From a virus (Duplodnaviria; Caudoviricetes), in the IMG/VR virus record IMGVR_UViG_3300006193_000049, positions 1 through 25,351 of that record: DNA of 25,351 bases; one strand, given 5' to 3'. Within the stretch, counting starts at the first letter, position 1; the number at the start of each line of letters is the position of its first letter. The notes beneath the pieces were generated by a model. That model saw nothing but the letters and a program-made list of their open reading frames with translations. It made no database searches and had not been told where the DNA came from. This document shows positions 14,844 through 24,186 of this stretch, one piece after another. The translations under genes and the position numbers were made by a program.

Positions 14844-16474
14844 TGATAGAAAGAAGATACCCCAGAACCTATGATGGGATGCAACTGTCTGAGATCCAAA
14901 CAAATGGACACGATTTCAATTACATACATGATTATTCAAAAGAAAGATATGAAGAAATAGTGATAGGTTCTGCACCATTAGAGCGAATTGTCTCCTTTAA
15001 GTCATTTTTGAACTCATATGCAATAAAGCTAGATAAGGAAACTAACATTGAGTCAGAAGCGAACAAGAATTTCTCCATCATTCACGAGAAAGGTTCAAAA
15101 TTGACAATAACTTTAGGCTTGGATATCCCAGCAATGGATGTTCATGAAGCGATGGTAAATTCTGGTAAAATAGAAGAACTCCAACGGCTAATACTCAGCA
15201 GTAAATGGGGAGCAAACCCTGGTAGTCCTCCTTTTAGTGAGACCACTTTCAGAAATGTATCAACGAAGTCAGGTATAACTACTCCTCTGTTCTATGTATA
15301 CTATAGAAATCTTGTTAACTCTGGTCGTACGCCGTTGCCGGAAAGAATTACCGACTTTAAAGATTTGATGTTTGCTGGTTTTACTTGTTATATTGACAAC
15401 ATACAGTACAGCCCAGTTCACGATATGGGACATTTTGAAAAAGATGGAAAACTATATCCGAAAGCCTTATCTTTAACTTTAACTTTAAATTACGAAGATC
15501 AAACTTTGTTTGATGAATATCATCCCTTAAAAAACACGAAAGCTCTCCAACCATTCCAGTTGAATGGGCACTACTCGGACTATGATAATGGACTATTTCC
15601 CTTTTGTGTTGACTCTTCTGGGACGGACACAAAAGTAATCTTAGATGATGTACATCGAAGCAAACTTTACAGTGACGACGTAAATGATATAAAATCTCCA
15701 ACAGGAATAATATCAACCGTTGCCGCTCCCAGAACAAACACTTACATATTCATATCCAACACTGTTGGTGCTGAAAATACAACCACGCCACTTCTCAAAA
15801 GAAAACCCAGGTGGGTAGTATTCAGGCCATTCATAGAAGATTTTTCTAGAAAAATATCAACCAAAATAGAACAAGCAGATAATGGCAATTCATCAATCTT
15901 TAGCAAGGTAAATCAGACTGGTGTTTCTTTCGAGTCGATAGATTACACTCTAAAATTTAACGTACCTTCAGAGAGTTTAGTCGAAGCGAAGAAGAATTGC
16001 GTAAAAATTCAATATCTAATGAGGATGTTCCTAAAGAAGTACGATGATGGAACCAAGCTCTTGTCTAGATTGGAGAACGGAAATAGGATGGAGGTCGAAG
16101 ATTATGTATCAAAACTAATGTTCTACATTCCAAGTATGGTTGAGAGACCAAACTCTGGTCCACCAGCGGACTCTGGAAATAGATATCACATGTTTGAGGG
16201 CGCTATACCTTTATACATGAAAGACTTGGATGTTGAGTTTGACATGGAAGCGGGGTTCTTCACGGAGGGTGTTCGATTATATCCAAAAGCTATGACCATC
16301 AGCATGAATATGTTGTACAATAGAAACGATCTGATTAGAAATTACACTGTGAACGTAGATGATAACAATAATAATTACTATGAATTACCAAAATTCCAAA
16401 CGAGATCCCCAATAGACAAAGACGAATATCCACTCTTTCCTTTGGACAAAAAAACAATAAAAATAGGTAGGTAA
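14843..16474 (+). CDS. Putative baseplate/tail-tube initiator protein with two homologous domains
   Basis: Coupled to the tape measure (TAATG overlap). Internal duplication (e.g. KLYPKALSLTLTL vs RLYPKAMTISMNM). Function inferred from position. Confidence 0.55.
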   Translation: MIERRYPRTYDGMQLSEIQTNGHDFNYIHDYSKERYEEIVIGSAPLERIVSFKSFLNSYAIKLDKETNIESEANKNFSIIHEKGSKLTITLGLDIPAMDVHEAMVNSGKIEELQRLILSSKWGANPGSPPFSETTFRNVSTKSGITTPLFYVYYRNLVNSGRTPLPERITDFKDLMFAGFTCYIDNIQYSPVHDMGHFEKDGKLYPKALSLTLTLNYEDQTLFDEYHPLKNTKALQPFQLNGHYSDYDNGLFPFCVDSSGTDTKVILDDVHRSKLYSDDVNDIKSPTGIISTVAAPRTNTYIFISNTVGAENTTTPLLKRKPRWVVFRPFIEDFSRKISTKIEQADNGNSSIFSKVNQTGVSFESIDYTLKFNVPSESLVEAKKNCVKIQYLMRMFLKKYDDGTKLLSRLENGNRMEVEDYVSKLMFYIPSMVERPNSGPPADSGNRYHMFEGAIPLYMKDLDVEFDMEAGFFTEGVRLYPKAMTISMNMLYNRNDLIRNYTVNVDDNNNNYYELPKFQTRSPIDKDEYPLFPLDKKTIKIGR

Positions 16475-16476
16475 TA

Positions 16477-16803
16477 ATGCCAAAATATCCAAATAATGAT
16501 AATGCAATTATCAATAGCGACACTTACTCCGAGGTCAAAGTCAATCGAGGAATAAAAGTGTTGAGAATAGTAAGGACAAAAACCTTTGAAGATCTTCAAG
16601 GGCAAGAGTTTGACATCTTAGCTGAACATGTCTGGAATGTTTCCGATAAATTGTTCAAAATATCTCAAAAATACTATGGATCTACCGAATTCTGGTGGAT
16701 TATTGGTATATTAAATGGAAAACCTACCGATGCTCACTACTCAATCGGAGATGTTGTTAACATACCATCAAAACCTAATCAAATCGTGGAGTTGTTGAGA
16801 TGA
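16477..16803 (+). CDS. LysM-like baseplate wedge protein (T4 gp53 / P2 gpX-like)
   Basis: DKLFKISQKYYGSTEFWWIIGILN...IGDVVNIP is typical of LysM-fold baseplate proteins. Confidence 0.78.
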   Translation: MPKYPNNDNAIINSDTYSEVKVNRGIKVLRIVRTKTFEDLQGQEFDILAEHVWNVSDKLFKISQKYYGSTEFWWIIGILNGKPTDAHYSIGDVVNIPSKPNQIVELLR

Positions 16804-19800
16804 CAGCACCAAAAGATTTTATCATACCTACAAGCTTTGGACTTGAACGTGACGAAGATAGCCAAGAATACATAAACGCGTTGACGAACTTTCAGAGAGT
16901 TCTCATTGGCGGAAACTTCATATTGACAAATAAAACAGTCGATCTCGAAGCAGCTGATGGTGATGACGCATGGCTTGTAAGACAATACTTTAAAAAATAT
17001 GCAGGAAAAACAGAGCTTGAAGCTCCCACGACAACACAATTCTTTAAAAAAGTTATCTTAAAGAAAATAAAAGATGAAGTAGCAGTCTACCTTGGAACAT
17101 TAGACAGAAGCGATCCTGCGCAAGCATTAATCATTGCTGGAATCGGAGACAAGTTATCCTTATTCTCATCAGATCCAGCCGCAAAAAAGAAACTAATGAA
17201 TACTATTGCATCTATGCAGTTAGATCAAGTAAAATACATGTTCATGGGCGGAAGTCAGCCATCTTCTCTAGCTTCCTACGATGACCTAGGTTTTCTTTTC
17301 GTCGATAAATTTATAGAATTGGAAGATGAAGATAATGACCCGATTCTTGCGAAAGACGTCAAGAATCTATCGATAGACCAAGCAAAGAAGCTCAATGTTG
17401 TCACCGAAGCCAGTTCGATACCAACCGATACCAGTTTGGAATATGACGACCTATCAGAGGAACAGCTTTTAAATATTCGACAATGCGCGCTGGTATCGAG
17501 CTTGATAAATGACTATAGTCCGTTTAACCTATACCCACTTGAGTGGATTGACGCTTCTTATGGTGCAGACAAACAAGCTTTTGGGGGAAGGATAATGCCT
17601 GTGGTCGAAAGTGCTGCTTTGTTTGATCCAAATACTTTGGTAAATGTCTGTACTACATCCAAGAGAATTAAAAATTTCCTACTCAGTCCCGGCAGTCGAT
17701 CCGACAATCTATATCATAAACTTTTCTGGGTCTATACTGACCCTGAGAATAATGAATTGAGGGAGAGTGAAATATACCTAACAACAAATGTTGATGATTT
17801 CAAATTGTCTCAATCGGTGATCGAACGAAACACGACCCGAGACAGGGCTAAAATAGTAAGACAGACAATGAGCAATGGTTATGGGTATGCAATAAAGACA
17901 ATCGACATTGACTATAATGGTACCAACCCATCTACTGCTAGTAAAGATGTTAAAGTAACCTTAAATATAAACCTAGACAACTTAAAGTCTATCGATGCGG
18001 TTTGTTCTTTTGTCAAGATAGGGCGAGAAGGCAAAGAAGAACTCATAGAGCTAAAGCTATACGATCTGGTTACATTACCAGCTACTCAGACCATAGAGAC
18101 CATTGCACAGGGCAACAGTCCCATAAAGAGAGAGTATTCTCCGGAGTACTCACGAATAAGACTAAAGGTTTGGTCTTTAGAACACGATGGGGACGCAATT
18201 AGTCTTGGAACGAGCAACACAGAAGATGCAATGATTATTGATCTGGCTACAATAGATCACACACTAAAAAGATCAGATGACGCTTCAGGCAAGACGTCTC
18301 TAACTATCAACTATGCTGGTTATTTTGAACAGTCAATGAAGGATCCCTATAACGATGCCTTGGCTGGGGATGATATAATCATGAAAAGATACAACAGAAG
18401 AAAAGAGGCCAATGACAATATTATCGAAAATGGTTGCTCTGATGAAATAGCTAGAGATATGTTTCAGATAATTGGAGAAACAGATAGAATTGAGGCTCAA
18501 GACAACATCAATAATGGCTCCATAATAAAAAGATTATTTGAGAACGGAAGAGTATATGGATACGAGTGGGATGTAGACAAAGTAAAAAGTAACGTAATTG
18601 GAACTTCATTGAGTCCAAAGCAAATTTATTTAACTGGAGCTAGGAAACTTGGAAATATAAAACTAAATGTTGCAGAGGATACAACCATGCAATATTGGCA
18701 AGACGTGTTCACCAATCTTAAATCTAATGAAGGAGACTTAAGGGTTGGTGAGGAAGGATTCAAACTGACATTAGATTCGGCAAGTGGAGAAAATCACTTC
18801 TTTTACTTGGGAGATCTAATGTATGAGAGTTTAGCATGTCTCTACCAACCCAAGAGTGCAGAAATGAAAACTTTTCGAAAAAATCTTAATCTTCGTTTTG
18901 TCGTTGGAACATTCTCAGTACCCGATCCAAACGATATAACAAAGACCATAACTATAAATCCAGTCAGGATACCTGTAGACATGTTCTTCTTTATGGAATG
19001 GTTTCACCAAAACATCATCAGCAAAGGCCTCACATCTTACCCTGTTGGTTTATTTATCAAAGATTTGACTCAAAGACTTATCAATGATATAATATATGAC
19101 ACTTGCTTTTCCATTTTGGCGCCCGATGAGACAGCTCCGCAACTGAGAGCCTCATATTTTGTAGATCATCGAAAGGACTGGTTCAAATCCAAAGGCATGT
19201 TCCCACCACGAGGTGCTTATTTTGACCCAAAAGACCCTTTGGCACTTGGAGGACCAGGAGAGTCGTTACCAGGTGAGCCAAATATCTTAATGACCAAAAA
19301 TGTTTCTTCAAAAGTCGCGCAGTCAAAGAATTATTGCGTCATCTATCAACAATTTCCATCATATTTTAGACAATTAAAATATGAAAGAGCTGGAAAGCTA
19401 AAGGACGATCCTTATACGATGACTATGTATTATGGAAACAACACCAAAGACACAAACTATATCTCTAATGTATCTTTTTCTAAGACCGACTCTCCACACT
19501 TGAGAGAGGCCAGATACTTCAATACAAACTTTGGAAACTTAAGTCTACTCTCCAACGTGTATGATCTAAGTTTTGACATCAAATCTCCAAAAGCCATAAC
19601 TTCCTTGTATCCAGGTGTCATAATAAACTTTATACTAACCGATTGGAGTGGGGAGATCGAACATCACTTTCCTCAGGATGCACTGGGTGAATCCGATCCA
19701 CACAAAGCAAGCACAAGAGCAAATATCTTGGGCTTTGGCGGCTACTATGTAATAAAGAGTGTCAAATATTCCCTAGAGACGAATGTATGGAATGGGTTCA

Positions 19801-20078
19801 AGATTAGCGTGTCAACTAAGTTCTTAGGAACTGATGCCATTGGAGATGAGTTTAGACGCAAACCGAATGAAGATAAGTATGCAGGAGAATCAACTGAGTG
19901 CTTGACAATTAGAAACTCATTGATTGACAGATTATCAGAACTGGAAGAAGCGACAGGTATCGAAGGTGAAAACTTTGACAGAATTTATGCCGGCGGTGCT
20001 GCAGCCGCTCCAACAGGTGGCACTCCATCCGGAGCACCTACCCCAGCTAGGGCTCCAGAGACTTCACCATCACCGTAA
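16800..20078 (+). CDS. Large putative baseplate hub protein (gp27/gpD-like C-terminus)
   Basis: ATGA overlap with the LysM gene. C-terminal YDLSFDI...LYPGVIINF...GFGGYYVIKSVKYSL...FKISVST resembles the end of hub proteins. Confidence 0.5.
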   Translation: MTAPKDFIIPTSFGLERDEDSQEYINALTNFQRVLIGGNFILTNKTVDLEAADGDDAWLVRQYFKKYAGKTELEAPTTTQFFKKVILKKIKDEVAVYLGTLDRSDPAQALIIAGIGDKLSLFSSDPAAKKKLMNTIASMQLDQVKYMFMGGSQPSSLASYDDLGFLFVDKFIELEDEDNDPILAKDVKNLSIDQAKKLNVVTEASSIPTDTSLEYDDLSEEQLLNIRQCALVSSLINDYSPFNLYPLEWIDASYGADKQAFGGRIMPVVESAALFDPNTLVNVCTTSKRIKNFLLSPGSRSDNLYHKLFWVYTDPENNELRESEIYLTTNVDDFKLSQSVIERNTTRDRAKIVRQTMSNGYGYAIKTIDIDYNGTNPSTASKDVKVTLNINLDNLKSIDAVCSFVKIGREGKEELIELKLYDLVTLPATQTIETIAQGNSPIKREYSPEYSRIRLKVWSLEHDGDAISLGTSNTEDAMIIDLATIDHTLKRSDDASGKTSLTINYAGYFEQSMKDPYNDALAGDDIIMKRYNRRKEANDNIIENGCSDEIARDMFQIIGETDRIEAQDNINNGSIIKRLFENGRVYGYEWDVDKVKSNVIGTSLSPKQIYLTGARKLGNIKLNVAEDTTMQYWQDVFTNLKSNEGDLRVGEEGFKLTLDSASGENHFFYLGDLMYESLACLYQPKSAEMKTFRKNLNLRFVVGTFSVPDPNDITKTITINPVRIPVDMFFFMEWFHQNIISKGLTSYPVGLFIKDLTQRLINDIIYDTCFSILAPDETAPQLRASYFVDHRKDWFKSKGMFPPRGAYFDPKDPLALGGPGESLPGEPNILMTKNVSSKVAQSKNYCVIYQQFPSYFRQLKYERAGKLKDDPYTMTMYYGNNTKDTNYISNVSFSKTDSPHLREARYFNTNFGNLSLLSNVYDLSFDIKSPKAITSLYPGVIINFILTDWSGEIEHHFPQDALGESDPHKASTRANILGFGGYYVIKSVKYSLETNVWNGFKISVSTKFLGTDAIGDEFRRKPNEDKYAGESTECLTIRNSLIDRLSELEEATGIEGENFDRIYAGGAAAAPTGGTPSGAPTPARAPETSPSP

Positions 20079-20099
20079 CCCAACCCGAGGAACACAAAT

Positions 20100-21350
20100 A
20101 TGACTAGAATTTTCGACACAAACAACAAGTCTACGACCATCAAAAGAATGATCGGGAGAGCCAAATATAAATCGCAAGCATATGCTGAAAATAGTGGTGT
20201 TGGTCCAAACATGATTATGGATGTGAACTTCTTAGAGAGGGTCCACTATGGAGTTATTGACGACCAAAATAATTCGATTATTCCCAATGAAGACTTCATG
20301 GTTCAAACTCAACATGGTCGTGTCTTTGACTTCGTTGCCGATGCCTATTCTTTGATGCGACTGAACTTTACAACAGCTATTCAGAAGGGGCTGATCTCTG
20401 TCGATGGTTCTGCATTTTCTAATTTACGAATGGTTGATTCATACACTGATCCTAGGTTAAAGTATGGAGAATACTTGGGGAATATCCTCCGGTTTTACAA
20501 CGAAACACACATACCAAACATAGTTGGTATTACCAGTATAGCATCTTATAAAGACTATGTCAACAACTTTTTTAATTTTCTACTAAATAATCCCATAGAT
20601 ATACCCATAACCTTGACAAAATGGATGGCTTCTAATAAATCCAGGATCTTAGATACAGGTCTTGGTTTTTCATATGCCAATATCCCATATGACGCAGATC
20701 AACAAAAAATAAACTCTATAATTGACCATCCAACATTTGGCTACTTTAAAAATCTTTGCCTAAACATGGGCTTCTCTATATTACATGACAATCCAAACAT
20801 TTTATTATTTGATGTCAGTTCTCCAGCAACAAGAAGTATAAGGCGATCATATAATTTATATAATTTAAATTCTTTATTCAATAGTAGATATATTAAAACA
20901 TATACATTAGATAATAATATCTTATATACTAATATTAATATATATTATAATAAATATGCCCAGAAAAACTCCCAAACCAAAGTTGTCTCGGTGCAATGCG
21001 GAAAAACTGTTTCAGAATACATCAGGTTGTCGCCAGTACCGTATGATAGAAGACTCTATTCTGACTTGAAAGAGATTGATATGTATATCAGAATGAGAAA
21101 TTATGAAGAAGGGTCCCCCTTTTCAGAGAACAAGCTTAAATCCATCTATAAAAAATCAAAATATTTCATGAAAAAGGTTGACAAACAAGAAGCAATAGGT
21201 TATACTAATAGAGTATTCCGTAATCAGGTCTGGAACAAGGACTATGGTTATGATGATGCAAAATCAAATTTTGAAGACAAGACCAAAACGCAATCTCAAC
21301 GACAACAAGTTGGGGCTAGTTCTCGAGGAGGTAGCGTTGGGTCTTACTAG
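20100..21350 (+). CDS. Hypothetical protein (416 aa)
   Basis: Long ORF with SD GAGG; no family recognised; last gene before the replication-type operon. Confidence 0.7.
   Translation: MTRIFDTNNKSTTIKRMIGRAKYKSQAYAENSGVGPNMIMDVNFLERVHYGVIDDQNNSIIPNEDFMVQTQHGRVFDFVADAYSLMRLNFTTAIQKGLISVDGSAFSNLRMVDSYTDPRLKYGEYLGNILRFYNETHIPNIVGITSIASYKDYVNNFFNFLLNNPIDIPITLTKWMASNKSRILDTGLGFSYANIPYDADQQKINSIIDHPTFGYFKNLCLNMGFSILHDNPNILLFDVSSPATRSIRRSYNLYNLNSLFNSRYIKTYTLDNNILYTNINIYYNKYAQKNSQTKVVSVQCGKTVSEYIRLSPVPYDRRLYSDLKEIDMYIRMRNYEEGSPFSENKLKSIYKKSKYFMKKVDKQEAIGYTNRVFRNQVWNKDYGYDDAKSNFEDKTKTQSQRQQVGASSRGGSVGSY
21178..21206 (+). promoter_or_regulatory. Sigma70-type promoter inside the 416-aa ORF, upstream of the polA-like gene
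   Basis: TTGACA (21178-83), 17-nt spacer, TATACT (21201-06), with A-rich sequence upstream. Confidence 0.75.
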
Positions 21351-21362
21351 TATGGAGGACAA

Positions 21363-22550
21363 ATGCTATTTCAACTTTTAGACAATAAACTAGACTGTGC
21401 AGGTGCTTATCTCAGTGGACAGTTTGTCTGGGATAAAATCCCAAATGGTTTAACAAAAACATGGAGCTACTCAGATCATTTGTTTGGACAAGACATTGAT
21501 TATGCTCAACTACTGGTATCTGGTCAGTCGCTCAGCGACGTTTGTCCCGAACCACTGGTGGATCGCTGGGTAATGGCTAAAAACCTCCTGAAGAGTCACT
21601 ACAAAGCTATTACGACATCCAAAATCGATCTAAGCAATACTTGCTTTTACGACATGATCCCACAAAAACATTTGAAGTATTATTATGACACTAAGAATGA
21701 AATTACTCGTTGGGTTTTCGAAAATCATCCCAAACCTGAACACTATAATTTATTAAAAAACGTGCAAGCGTCCGTAAAGGAACTTAAAGCACACCCAGTG
21801 AACCTAAACTCTTTCGCTGTTTATTGCCATGCTGCAGACGACATGAAAGCAAAACATCTTTACGATCAATTTGGCGAAACAATACCGCATGTTGATTATA
21901 ATATTTTTGGAACGATTACAGGTCGACTTACGACAAATAGAGACTCTTTTCCAATCTTAAATCTTAAACGAGAACTGAAGAAGCATGTTCGACCAAACAA
22001 CGATGTATTTTTAGAACTTGATTTCAACGCAGCGGAAGTTAGGACAATGCTAGCACTACAAAAATATGAACAACCAGAGGAAGATATTCATGAATGGAAC
22101 ATTAAAAACATTTTTAAACAAGAACTTAGCCGAGAAGAGGCTAAAACAAAATTATTTGCTTGGCTCTACAACCCTGAATCCAAAACTATTAAATCGAATT
22201 TCTACAACAGAGAAAGTCTCTTGGAAAAGTATTTTGACGGAGAAGAGATTAAAACCCCTTTCGGCAGAACAATTGCTTGTCCCGTTCGCAAAGCACTCAA
22301 CTACTTATTACAATCGGCTTCCTCAGACAACACTCTTGACAGATTTTGCAAAATTTCTAACTTTCTTAGGTCAACGAGATCCCATGTTGCTTTCGTTGTT
22401 CATGATAGCGTTGTCATCGACCTACACAAAGATGACAGGAGAATGATCCCAATGTTAAAGGCAATGTTTTCCGATACGAAACTAGGTAAGTTTAAGGTGA
22501 ATTGCTCAGTTGGCAAGAATCTTGGAGACATGAGGAATTTTACATGGTAG
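21363..22550 (+). CDS. polA: Minimal family A DNA polymerase-like protein
   Basis: GTITGRLTT..FPILNL, motif A LELDFNAAEVRTML, DIH, motif B REEAKTKLFAWLYN, KTPFGR, ALNYLLQSASSD, motif C VVHDSVVID; SD GGAGG. Confidence 0.85.
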   Translation: MLFQLLDNKLDCAGAYLSGQFVWDKIPNGLTKTWSYSDHLFGQDIDYAQLLVSGQSLSDVCPEPLVDRWVMAKNLLKSHYKAITTSKIDLSNTCFYDMIPQKHLKYYYDTKNEITRWVFENHPKPEHYNLLKNVQASVKELKAHPVNLNSFAVYCHAADDMKAKHLYDQFGETIPHVDYNIFGTITGRLTTNRDSFPILNLKRELKKHVRPNNDVFLELDFNAAEVRTMLALQKYEQPEEDIHEWNIKNIFKQELSREEAKTKLFAWLYNPESKTIKSNFYNRESLLEKYFDGEEIKTPFGRTIACPVRKALNYLLQSASSDNTLDRFCKISNFLRSTRSHVAFVVHDSVVIDLHKDDRRMIPMLKAMFSDTKLGKFKVNCSVGKNLGDMRNFTW

Positions 22551-22747
22551 GTGAGTTAGTTGTTCTACACAACTGCCAAACATCTGGATATACCGATGGT
22601 ACATATGGGATAATAGTGAAATCTGAACCCCTTGGCGCACTATATACTATATATTGGGTTCTGCTTCCGGATGACACCGAAGTGCCAATGTGGGATAGTG
22701 AGTTCGAGGTGGTTAATGAAATCCGGAGATCTAATAATTATAGTTGA
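22544..22747 (+). CDS. Small hypothetical protein (MVGELV..., SH3/KOW-like pattern)
   Basis: ATG 22544 overlaps the polA end, with SD GAGG at 22532; start reassigned from the ORF track. Confidence 0.65.
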   Translation: MVGELVVLHNCQTSGYTDGTYGIIVKSEPLGALYTIYWVLLPDDTEVPMWDSEFEVVNEIRRSNNYS

Positions 22748-22934
22748 GTCGTTACCTGACTGGTCTTGGTCAACATATACCACGGGCCATATAGGATTGG
22801 TTGTGAAAGTGAGGCTTGGAACAATAAACTCTCGAGACCCAGTTTGCGAAATATTCTTTCTTCACAGTCAAGCTATACACCCAGTACTGCAGAGCTTTAC
22901 GAAATTATTGAGTGACTTAGATGAAGAAAGGTGA
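22716..22934 (+). CDS. Small hypothetical protein (MKSGDLI..., SH3/KOW-like pattern)
   Basis: ATG 22716 with SD GAGGTGG; GDLI...GHIGLVVKV pattern. Confidence 0.65.
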   Translation: MKSGDLIIIVESLPDWSWSTYTTGHIGLVVKVRLGTINSRDPVCEIFFLHSQAIHPVLQSFTKLLSDLDEER

Positions 22935-23130
22935 TCTCATAACAATTTCGAAAAGCCCTTGGGACGAACGAGCCCTTTTTGGTTACAAGAACGGCGACGT
23001 TGCAATTGTCTTAGAGGTGTTTCCATATCCAAACGAGATTAGTCTACCATCAGTGAGGGTTTTCATCTTTGCTTCAGAAAAGATAGTTACAATACCAATA
23101 TTATATATAACAAACAGGAGAGTGAGATGA
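22921..23130 (+). CDS. Small hypothetical protein (MKKGDLI..., SH3/KOW-like pattern)
   Basis: Overlaps both neighbours; GDLI...GDVAIVLEV pattern. Confidence 0.7.
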   Translation: MKKGDLITISKSPWDERALFGYKNGDVAIVLEVFPYPNEISLPSVRVFIFASEKIVTIPILYITNRRVR

Positions 23131-23933
23131 TTTTAGTAGGATTAGGAGAGGCAGGAAAGAATATAGCCGAACTCTTTAGGCCACATACCAATAATTACAA
23201 AATAATAATTCTTGACGAAAATGACGGTATCGAAAAGAAGAGTACCGTTGAAGAGTATGACAAGCTGCCAATTAAATTTAAACAGAGAGGGCTCAAATCT
23301 CACGATGAAGCCATGTTATTTGTTTGCGGTAGTGGTAAGGTTGCCGGAGCATCACTGAGAGCCCTAGAGGCTCTGGGGGCCTATAAGACCACTGTTGTCT
23401 ATGTCATTCCGGATCTTGAGTTCGCATCTAAACTTGAGAGACGTAGGCATCGAGTACATTTTGGAGTACTACAAGAATACACTCGCTCAGGAGTGATAGA
23501 AGAAATGATAATCTTAGACAATAAGACGATGTTCTCCATTGCTGGTACGGGTTCGCCATCAAACTACTACGAAAAAGTCAATTTTTTTATTTATAGCACA
23601 ATTCAAAACTTAATGTTTTTGAGACACACCGCCCCTGTGTTTGGAAAGTTGCATGAGAAGAGAGAGATTTCAAGAATCTGTACGATTGGGTATAGACTTA
23701 TGGATTCAGATGATGAAATAAAACTGTATCGAATCCAAAATACTACAGAGTCTTTATATATGATGAATATTGACGAAGAGGATATAGACAATGATGAAAA
23801 TCTAATTCCATCATGTCAACAAGTTGTCCGAGAAAACAAGAATAATGATCGCGAAACTTCATTTGCAATCTGGCTTTCTGACACAGAAAACCACTTCTAC
23901 TCTATGCATTATACACACTTCATTCAAGAGTAA
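23127..23933 (+). CDS. Divergent tubulin/FtsZ-like protein
   Basis: N-terminal ILVGLGEAGKNIAELF (T1 loop), LFVCGSGKVAGAS at the T4-loop position, VVYVIPD, MIILDN. ATGA overlap with SD AGGAG. Confidence 0.7.
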   Translation: MILVGLGEAGKNIAELFRPHTNNYKIIILDENDGIEKKSTVEEYDKLPIKFKQRGLKSHDEAMLFVCGSGKVAGASLRALEALGAYKTTVVYVIPDLEFASKLERRRHRVHFGVLQEYTRSGVIEEMIILDNKTMFSIAGTGSPSNYYEKVNFFIYSTIQNLMFLRHTAPVFGKLHEKREISRICTIGYRLMDSDDEIKLYRIQNTTESLYMMNIDEEDIDNDENLIPSCQQVVRENKNNDRETSFAIWLSDTENHFYSMHYTHFIQE

Positions 23934-23991
23934 AATAAAAACTTCTTTCGGACCTTTCGGATGATATTTATTATAGACACGGGAGTTGGTG

Positions 23992-24186
23992 ATGAATAAG
24001 ACAAAAATAAAATCAGAAATTAACAGACTCATGGATTTGGAAGACACTCTTCTTCTTAAGTTTGTATATGAAGCAAGTCATTGTTCTGAAGAGCAAATGA
24101 GATTTATCTCCAGAAAACTTTTTGAAATAAGTGATCTCATATTGAGACTTCAAAATGCACTAGCGGAAATTGAAAATGAAAGGTGA
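23992..24186 (+). CDS. Small hypothetical helical protein
   Basis: SD GGGAG at 23981-85 fits ATG 23992. Confidence 0.6.
   Translation: MNKTKIKSEINRLMDLEDTLLLKFVYEASHCSEEQMRFISRKLFEISDLILRLQNALAEIENER

Noticed and set aside
19902-19930. TTGACA within the hub-like gene
   Set aside because: No plausible -10 hexamer at 17-nt spacing.
6921-20078. Bacterial eCIS/tailocin locus
   Set aside because: The adjacent gp23-type capsid, scaffold and neck genes show this is a phage virion module.
23945-23962. Two short TTTCGGA repeats after the tubulin-like gene as a terminator
   Set aside because: The stems are only 2-3 bp and there is no clear U-tract; too weak to call.
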